Position numbers and translations under genes: made by a program
In this document: piece by piece, positions 55,991-64,000 of the stretch
Numbering within the stretch: the first letter of the stretch is position 1
How the letters are laid out: every line of letters begins with the position of its first letter
Notes under the pieces: model-generated
Database searches by the model: none
Told to the model about the DNA's origin: nothing
What the model saw: the letters and a program-made list of their open reading frames with translations, nothing else
NCBI GenBank assembly: GCA_028534125.1
Contig: CM052831.1
Span: 14,260,001 to 14,324,000 of the forward strand
Direction: 5' to 3'
Source of the DNA: Lama glama
Taxonomy: Eukaryota
Length of the DNA: 64,000 nt

Positions 55991-56961
55991 NNNNGTTCCT
56001 CTCCTGGAATAGATACAATATACTTTCTATAGCTATAAAAGAGAAAAAACTCTGTGACTGCTATTTTTATCACCCAAGTTTTCCATACAAAGCATACATT
56101 GAGCTGCAGTAGGAAGGCGGAGGGAAAAACCCAACTGAATAGTGAAGTTCTTTTTTCATCAATTTCGTAAGCACTAACATTTTATTCTTAAGTCTCCACT
56201 GCTCGAAATTCTTTCACTCTTTATAGCCAAATCCATGATGTTAAATGATCGATGCTCTCAATTGCGGTCCAGAGTTTTAAATAAATGAAATCAGGAGGGG
56301 GATTTCTGGAGTATATTGTGACGTTAACATCTTGATGGCTTTCTTTTTGTCACGGATGGTATTTGACACTTTAAAATCTATGTGCTATCTATTTGGGCTT
56401 GGCTCCGTCTGTGAAGACTTTTGATGTGGCAGTGACATCTAAGTTCCATACATCAGATTAGCTTTGGGAATATTGTACTGTATAGGGACTATGCATTAAG
56501 CAGAAAGATATAGTTTTCTCTGAACTGCTGTAACCTTAAATTGGAGATTGATTCTTTTGAGCCTCCTTTCCCTAATCCCCCACTTCATTTGTAAATGTCT
56601 TGATGAGAGATGATGTGGATGAGTGTTTTGTATGATTAAATCAAACCATATAGGAACTCCCCTCCCACCCATTACACAGTTGATGCCTGAAAGAATGTTG
56701 TGGGGAGAACTTAACACCCTACTTGTATTTTTTAAGTTTCTTTTGTGAAAGATTTTTAAATGCATTTTTACTGTAAAAAATATACATGGAAATGTATGCA
56801 TTCCATAACCACGATTGTTTCTGAATTGATATCTTTCTTGTCTCCGTGTTGTCTCAGATGTATCAGGGTCATACAACCAAATGTGAGTGCCTGGCTCCCA
56901 GCTCAATGAAATATACCATTCTGTTGGAAGAGAAGGAATTACGGCCTTGCAATAGTGTAGT

Positions 56962-57112
56962 GCCTTGCTACTCACAGTGTGGTCTGCCACCTCATCACTG
57001 GGGAGCATATTAGAAATTCAGAGTCTCAACCCACCCCTGCCTAGACTTACTGAGTCCAAATGTGCATTTATCAATAGCTCCAGCTAATCTGAATGCCCGG
57101 GAAGGTTTAAGC
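56962..57112. mobile_element. MER5-like hAT fossil, followed by a MIR fragment (~57150-57330)
   Basis: ctactcacagtgtggtctgc...catcactggggagcatattagaaattcagagtctc...agacttactgagtc...tgcattt. Confidence 0.7.
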
Positions 57113-59966
57113 TGCATGCTGTGGCATGGAACTCTGGTAATAAAGCCAAAACTTCCAAGCCAAGAGCTTCACCACTTGTTAACTGTGATGTTGGGCCAGT
57201 TCCTTAACCTCTTTTTAAGAATGAGTTTCCTTGTCTTCAAAAGGGCAGACCTCATAGAGTGGGTAAAACTAAATTCACAGTGCTTAACACATCTCTGACA
57301 ATCAGAAAACTCTTCAATAAATGACAGTAAACTTCTTTTTTTTAGGAGGATTTTCTGCATGGCAGCCGGAATTCTGTTCCTCTTCATTGTCCTGGTTTAC
57401 TTATTTCCCAATTAAAACGAAGAAATATTTTCTCACTCTATTAAAACAGGGAAGAAGGCCTTCTGTTTTAAATATAATGTTAACAATGTGGCTTATACGA
57501 CATCACAAGTATAATTACACTTACCAGCACTTAGAAATATGAATCCAAAATGCCATGCTGTGAAAGTTAAGATGAAAATAGTCTCAAAATGTATCTTTTG
57601 GTGAGAGATGTATATGGAGTTGACATACTTTTAACTAGATGAAAAGGTTAGCCAGTTAATGAGTGATTCAACACGTGTCCTGGTTGACCAGGTACTAGTA
57701 CTTTCCAATTTATGCAGTTTTTGGATTGTTCCTTTAGTATGACTTAGTAATTAAGAATTTCCTACTGAGTTCCTGGGCATTCAGAAGGGGATTGTGTGTA
57801 ATGGGCCTTCCTACAATCTATCTCTTTTGCTGTCTGCTGCTTTATTTGGTCACCGGCATGGGAATTAGGAACATCGCTCACTTCCCACGTATCTCTGTGG
57901 TTAAAGATGGCGTCTGGAATGGTCCCTGGCTTAACAGACTTTTGAAATTATTTGTCAAAACCTTATGTTGGTCAAGTTCTTTGCCTGCCTTAAACAGCCA
58001 CAGCAAAACGAAGGTGCTGACCCTCAAAGCTGTCAGGATTTTTCCTGCTAGTGGGCAATCTGAGACTACCTTAGGTGGGCTGCATTAATCATGAAAGGAA
58101 GAGCCCTTTCAAGTTCCTCTGGGTGACTTTTCTTATCCTCTCCAACATCATCAGCATGTGGGTGGGTGTTCAGCACAATAAGATGCTAGTGCTTTGGGAA
58201 TACCTGTCATGACAAACTTCTAATAAGAAAAATGACAAAGTTAGCCCTTACCAACACTATTACTTGGGTTTAGGTTTGGGTTTTGGTTTTTTGCAGGAGT
58301 GGGCCTTCTGTGAAAATGTTTTTGACTAGTTCCACCCAGTGAGGCCTTTAATCATTGTGCCCCTTATCCGGGGCAGGAGTGCTGTTGTTTGACTTCTCTA
58401 GTGCAGGCATTAAATCACCAGGTCATCACTAGAGCCAAAGCACGAGATCTTTTTGGAAGTACATAGATTTCAGCAAGGTGGGAGTAACAGTAAACACTCG
58501 AGTTTTGTATGTGACAGCTCCCTTCTACTCTATGACCTTTCCACCTCACTGAAAATGTCTTTATTGTCACGCCTGTCCATCTGTTTGTCCCTCGAGGACA
58601 AATTGGTCTGCATAGCCTGGCCCACACGACACCAGTAAGCACTGTCCTTTTAAGTATATTTCTCTCTCAGGGAAGAAATTCTCTTTGATCTTAGAATATC
58701 ATAGAGGTGAAGGGAAAAAAGCTCCAAAAGACTGCTGATTCCTACATGTGTAACAGGCAAGGCAGTGACTCGTTTATTACTTTAATAATCGTGAATAATA
58801 TTGAGGACCACTCTGGGCCAGGCACATGATGGGACTAGAAACACCTGTTTCCTGGTCTCAAAAGCATATAGTTTGGTGGGGGAAGTGAACAGTCAAGTAC
58901 ATCCAAACCCCATTTCATGCAAAATAGCAGGGTCCTAGGAGAGAAAAATCCTGGAGAGTTTAGCCAGACCGGAGAAGGTTCTAATTCCAGAAGGACTAGG
59001 AGTTAACTGGTGAAAGAGGGAGGGAATGTGGTCCAAAAGGGAGGGGGTGGTGCGCCTTGAAGGGCCAGAGAGGGGCCTTATTCTGAATTTTAGATGTAAT
59101 AGGAGACCAGTGGAAAGTCTAACAGGGCCCCCAGTGAGCTGTATGTGCTGAGGGAGGGCTGGTGACCAGCTCAGGACTGAGCTTGACGAAGCTGGCCCTG
59201 GAGACATGCAGAGAGCAGACTAGAGGAGGTGAGGGGTGAATCTCCTAAAGCCCTAATGTGGGTCCAGAGAGCAGCCCTTATCATGAAGCCTCATCCTAGA
59301 TAAGGCAGGACTTCTCAGAGCTGAAAAGTCCCCAGGCTCTTGTTTATCAACCTTTCTTTAAGAGAATTCATTTTCTTTCCAACCTAATCCTTCTGCTTCC
59401 TCTTTGCTGCACCTTTGCTAATACATGTGGAACCCTCTGTCCCAGTGTCTTATGATAGATCAAGTCAGTCATTTATTCTTTCACCTGCTTTTCTCCAGGT
59501 TTACAAGTTCCCCCATCACTACCATTTTTGGTGTTTTGTTTTGTTTTTTTCAGATTCCGGTTTCAACCCTTGTCATCTTGTTTTCACTTTTCTTTTAATT
59601 TTAATTTTAATTTTTTGAGATTAGCTACATCTTTCCCAAACTATAGAAGCCCAGCTAAGTATTAGCCAATCTTTATCAACCGTCCCCATATTTGTGTTAA
59701 GAGAGGCACTGCTCCTAGAATAGCCTACTTTGAAGAGAGATTTTTTTTTAAATTTACAAATAACAGTTATTAACAGCATGGTTCATGACATTCATGATGT
59801 TTCCCTACTTATATATAAATGTATAAAGGTAGTTTGGGGTTTTGTTTTTATGCAACAAAAAATGGGCCATTAAGTACGGAAAATGGGGCCACATAATACA
59901 TATTATTTTATGTATTGTTACTTGTATATTGTGGACAGTTTTTCACATTAGAATATATATATGAAA

Positions 59967-60075
59967 GGGAGGGTATACCTCAGTGGTAGAGCACATGCTT
60001 AGCATGCACAAGGTCCTGGGTTCGATCCCCAGTACCTCCATTAAAAAATAAATAAACCTAACCCCCAAAAGAAAA
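59967..60075 (+). mobile_element. Vic-1-like tRNA-derived SINE
   Basis: gggagggtatacctcagtggtagagcacatgcttagcatgcacaaggtcctgggttcgatccccagtacctccattaaaaaataaataaacctaaccccc. Confidence 0.9.
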
Positions 60076-60617
60076 TTGTTAAGAAAGCATATATGTATTT
60101 TTTTTTCTCATTCTCTCTGTCCTCCCTTCTCAGTTACTGCAATAGCTTCCTTTCTGTTCTCCCTGCCCACCTACAGACTCTTCCCCACGCAGCAGCAGCA
60201 GCCTGAGCAGTTCTTTCAAAATGTCAAGGGAAAGGTCAGAGTCGTTACAATGGACTATAAGGCCCTGTGTGATGCAGCCTTTCCTTTTTCTCTGACCCTT
60301 CTTTCCTCTCCAGTTCTTCCTCCACGCTCTGGGCATGCTCCTAGCCTTATAGGGCTTCACTCTACCAAGTCTCCTGGCCTGGAAAGCTCTTGCCCCAGAT
60401 ATTCACAGTTAACTCCCTGGCTTTGTTCAAATCCACTCAGACTTCACCCTGCCAAGGGGGCCCACTCTGACTAATCCACTTAGGTTTACAACTTGATTTT
60501 CTTTCTTGGTTCTACTCTTTTCCCCTCCATGGCACTTTCGAGCTTCTAACATGCTGTACAATTGATGTACTTACTCATTAACTTTATTGGTTATCACCTG
60601 TCTCCCTTCTCTTGAAA

Positions 60618-60798
60618 CTGGGGTGTCTTTATGGGCCTGCAACCGATACCATCACACGGGACCCTGCACAACAAAGGAAGGACCCCATGCTTGACTTAAT
60701 GCTCTACCATCACCATCTTCAAATGTTAGTACTTTCTGAACAAGGAACAGCACATTTTCTGTTTCCACTGGATCCTGCAAATTATGTAGCTTGCCTTG
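60618..60798 (+). mobile_element. MER53-like hAT element nested in an L2 3' end (L2 ~60130-60915)
   Basis: ctggggtgtctttatgggcctgcaacc...cattttctgtttccactggatcctgcaaattatgtagcttgccttg with 8-bp TSD TCTTGAAA (60610-60617) / TCTTGAAT (60799-60806). Confidence 0.75.
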
Positions 60799-61224
60799 TC
60801 TTGAATGTAAACTACCCAAGAGCAGGGAGCTTGGTCCTGAACTCCGATGAATTCCAAGTTCCCAGAACAGGATCATATTTACAGTAGATGCATTAATAGG
60901 CGCTCAGTAAATAGAAGTGTTCTATCTCTTAGCAGTCTCATATTCTGAAGCTGACCATTTCCTTAACTAGTCCTTCATGGATTACAAAAACATGCTGTGG
61001 TGAACAGTCGTATACGTAAAACTTGGTACCCTTGACTGCTTTGGTTTAAGTACTTTTGAAGGGATACATGGTGACTGCTAGTTCCTTTTTATTTCTGGTG
61101 ACACCGTCATTGCTGAGACTTTGCCTGCTTTTATGGGGAACAGCTGTCTTTAGCAAAGTGCTCACAGGCTGCAGACCTATATCGCATCAGTGTGTTACCA
61201 AGCACGGTGTAGCCACTGCACAAA

Positions 61225-61350
61225 CAGTACTTCGCCTTGGCTGCACATGGAAATCACCCAGGAGTTTTAAAATGCTGATGCCTGGGCCCACCCCCAGAGA
61301 TCCTGACGTAATATGGCCTGAATTTTTTAAAGGTCCCATGTGATTCTAAT
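61225..61350. mobile_element. MER5A1-like hAT fossil
   Basis: ttggctgcacatggaaatcacccaggagttttaaaatgctgatgcctgggcccacccccagagatcctga. Confidence 0.78.
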
Positions 61351-64000
61351 TGGCCACCATTGCACCTTCATCTGCTTTAACCTCATAGACTGCGTGGGAT
61401 GAATCTGTTTTGCTTCTTTCTCTGCTTAGTAGCATCTACCATTGTCTTTTTTAGTTTGCAATCTAGCAGCAGCTCAAAGGAACAATGGTTAGAGATGGTT
61501 TCCCCAAATTAAACTAAAAAGCCTTTTGATTATCATTAGCCAAATATAAAGATAATAAGCATATAGGTATCAGTTGTGAATTCTGTTTAATGTTCCTGTC
61601 ACTGCTAAAGTTATTCATAATAAGGATAATGGAGAGATGTCTATGTTCTCAACGAGAAGAGATTAGAGCAGCATGATTTAAGCCAAGATTTAGCCAGTCC
61701 TTTCACTTAAATTCACTTAAGAAATATGTTAATGCTGTTATGAAATGGGACATGTGTTATGTTAAAACCTAATGAGAGGGGGAGAGAGAGGATACTGAAT
61801 AATTAGCACTTAGCAGTCATGAAGATGAAAGATTGTTTTCTAACAAGTTCTTCTGATGTATTTATGATTCTTCTCTCTCCCAACCCCACTTCCCCAAAGC
61901 TACTTTTAGCAGACAACTTTGGGGCTGAAAAGTAATTATGTCATCACTGAATAAGGGGACTGTGACATGCCGATGACCAAAACAACATGCATGCCTTAAA
62001 CTTTTAGGGGAATAAAATTATTGGGAAAATAGTGCTGGGAATAAATGATATGTACCTGAAGCTCCTGTATTAACATAAGAGACTCTGACATTAATACAGG
62101 CCAGTGGTGTGGGCTCCACCATTGATAGGACCACCCCTAAATCTGGACCAAAGGGAAATATGTTTGAAATTGTCATGAAATCTAGGAGGCAGTACTTATC
62201 TTTGATTGGCTGTGGAATGTAGCAAGACCAGTGAAAATTGTATCTGTCTGTCTAACCCATCAACTTGACTTGTCCAACCCTCCCTGTAGTCACCGCCTGT
62301 GGAAGGAATTTTATAAGGCAGATTCTCCATGTATCCTGGGAAATTATAACTTAGTTGACTTTAACTACTTCCATTACCTCCAGAAAATATAGCTTAGTTC
62401 AAAGCAGTTTGTTAGCAAATACGTAGGAAGGACTCTTTTCTAGGCACAGTACTGGGCACACGTTGTCAACAAAGGCCACAGAAAACCCAGCGTTCCTGAA
62501 GTTTAGAGTCCGGCAGGATGGATGGACATTAAACAATTGAGTTAAATTGTGGTAAGAACTGTGGAAGTGTACGTGGGGCCCGTGACTATCTCTGAGAGGG
62601 GGACTTATTCTGAACAGTGAGGACAGGAGGCAAGGAGGAGGGAGGGCTTTCCAAGCAGAAAGGAGACCCAGGCAAAAGGAGTGCCCCTTGTTCTAGGAGT
62701 GAATTGAAGACCCGTGGGCCCCTAGCCCAGCAAGGGATGGAGAGGTAGAAGCAAGACTTGGAATACGTGAGGCTGAAGGAGAGAGACCCACAGCCTATTT
62801 CCACTGGGAGAGAAAAGAGACCCCAAAGGAACAACTTACAGGGGAACTAGTGACCCCCATCACTAAAATATCTCCCATGAAAAAGAAATGAAACAGTGAG
62901 AATGGACCACATTTGACATCTCTATAATCCTGAAACCTATTAGGATCACCATAAATATTTGAAAGAAAAATCTTGTGTTAGTCTCCTTTTTACAAAGAAG
63001 CAAGTCTTGTATTTATTCTTCCTGCAAGAGCCAACGTTTGGGTTATAGAAAGTGCACTTAAGCTGAGGGTACCTTTGCTGTCAGTCACCTTTTTATGTTA
63101 ATTTTTTCAGTCGGGCAAGCCTTTTTGGAACCTTGTAACACAGGGAAACACTTCCTGCAGAGAAATGGGCAGAATTGCTGAGCGATGATGTCACAAACCC
63201 TGTGAAATCACCCAGTCTGGTTGATGATGTCTTTTCTCCTCAACCTGTTTCAGTTTTATTTTAGATATCTATTTTATGGGGGTTTATTTTTATTACTTGG
63301 GTGTATTTGGTTTGGATGGCTTTTGTTTCAGTCTCTGTTTTTATTAAAAAATGTGTGTTCTCTCTCTTCCTGAATTCCGTTGAAAGGAACTGAAAAAGAT
63401 CCCAAAGGTGCATGCCTGGAGAATGAAAACATCTTAATTGTTACCCTCTACTAATGAACTTTAATTTGGATTTTGAGGAAGGGTTTCTCCCTTTGTGACC
63501 CTCCTCCATGATGTCACAGATGGTTACACTCAAAGGCTAGAAAGTGGTCTGCTCCATTTATAGAAGTTAGACCCAAAAGAATTCCATACTCTCTACCATT
63601 TTAGAATACTTTTAGAAGGAGCCAGATGTAGGCATCACCAAGAACATGGCTCAGGTTCTGAAAACACTGGAAGGGCAGGCAAAATAAAAGCTTTACCTTT
63701 TTAGTTGTTTTATGATACAAGTGATACATACTATATTAGCTTTGTTTAAAAAAATGCAAGTAGTCTAAAACGAAAGATCCTCTTGACGACTCCCCTCCCA
63801 AATTCCAGTCTTAACCCAGAGCTAGAAACTGTTGTCAAATCGGGTCCCTCCGTTCAGACACATCACTGTACATGGGCAGAGGCATGCATACATATATACC
63901 TAGATAGTTTTTGTCTGTGGGACCCTAAGATGACAAGTGCACGATAATTATTTTTTTTCTCACTTAATATATCTTGTTGATCTTACCAGTTTAGTCAGTA

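Noticed and set aside
56300-64000. Additional downstream gene
   Set aside because: Only short ORFs overlapping repeat fossils; no recognisable exon or CpG-island promoter

Overview
This is mammalian genomic DNA, most likely from a camelid, judging by four tRNA-Ala-derived Vic-1-like SINEs. It covers the 3' half of the tight-junction scaffold gene MAGI1 on the + strand. I read 12 coding exons from splice sites, codon phase and recognisable peptide: the PDZ2-PDZ3 linker (including a 32-nt microexon and an 84-nt in-frame cassette), PDZ3, PDZ4, PDZ5 and the Arg/Ser-rich MAGI1c tail (stop at 53982-53984). A ~2 kb 3'UTR follows, then repeat-rich sequence with no recognisable gene. Introns carry SINE, L1, L2, MIR, MLT1 and hAT/TcMar fossils. 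I see no prokaryote-type system (CRISPR, operon) and no convincing new gene. The best leads are: (1) a probable hidden exon whose acceptor sits just before an N-run ~380 nt upstream of the 32-nt microexon, a candidate mutually exclusive partner; (2) a dual-frame terminal exon plus an intronic-polyadenylation region that together would give three C-termini; (3) nine N-runs of roughly 150 or 300 nt that fall mostly on exons and exon flanks, which looks like masking of conserved sequence rather than random gaps; (4) small retrotransposition oddities (a 3'-transduction-like double poly(A) and a solo poly(A) insertion with TSD). Comparisons with human MAGI1 and repeat consensus sequences are from memory and were not searched.
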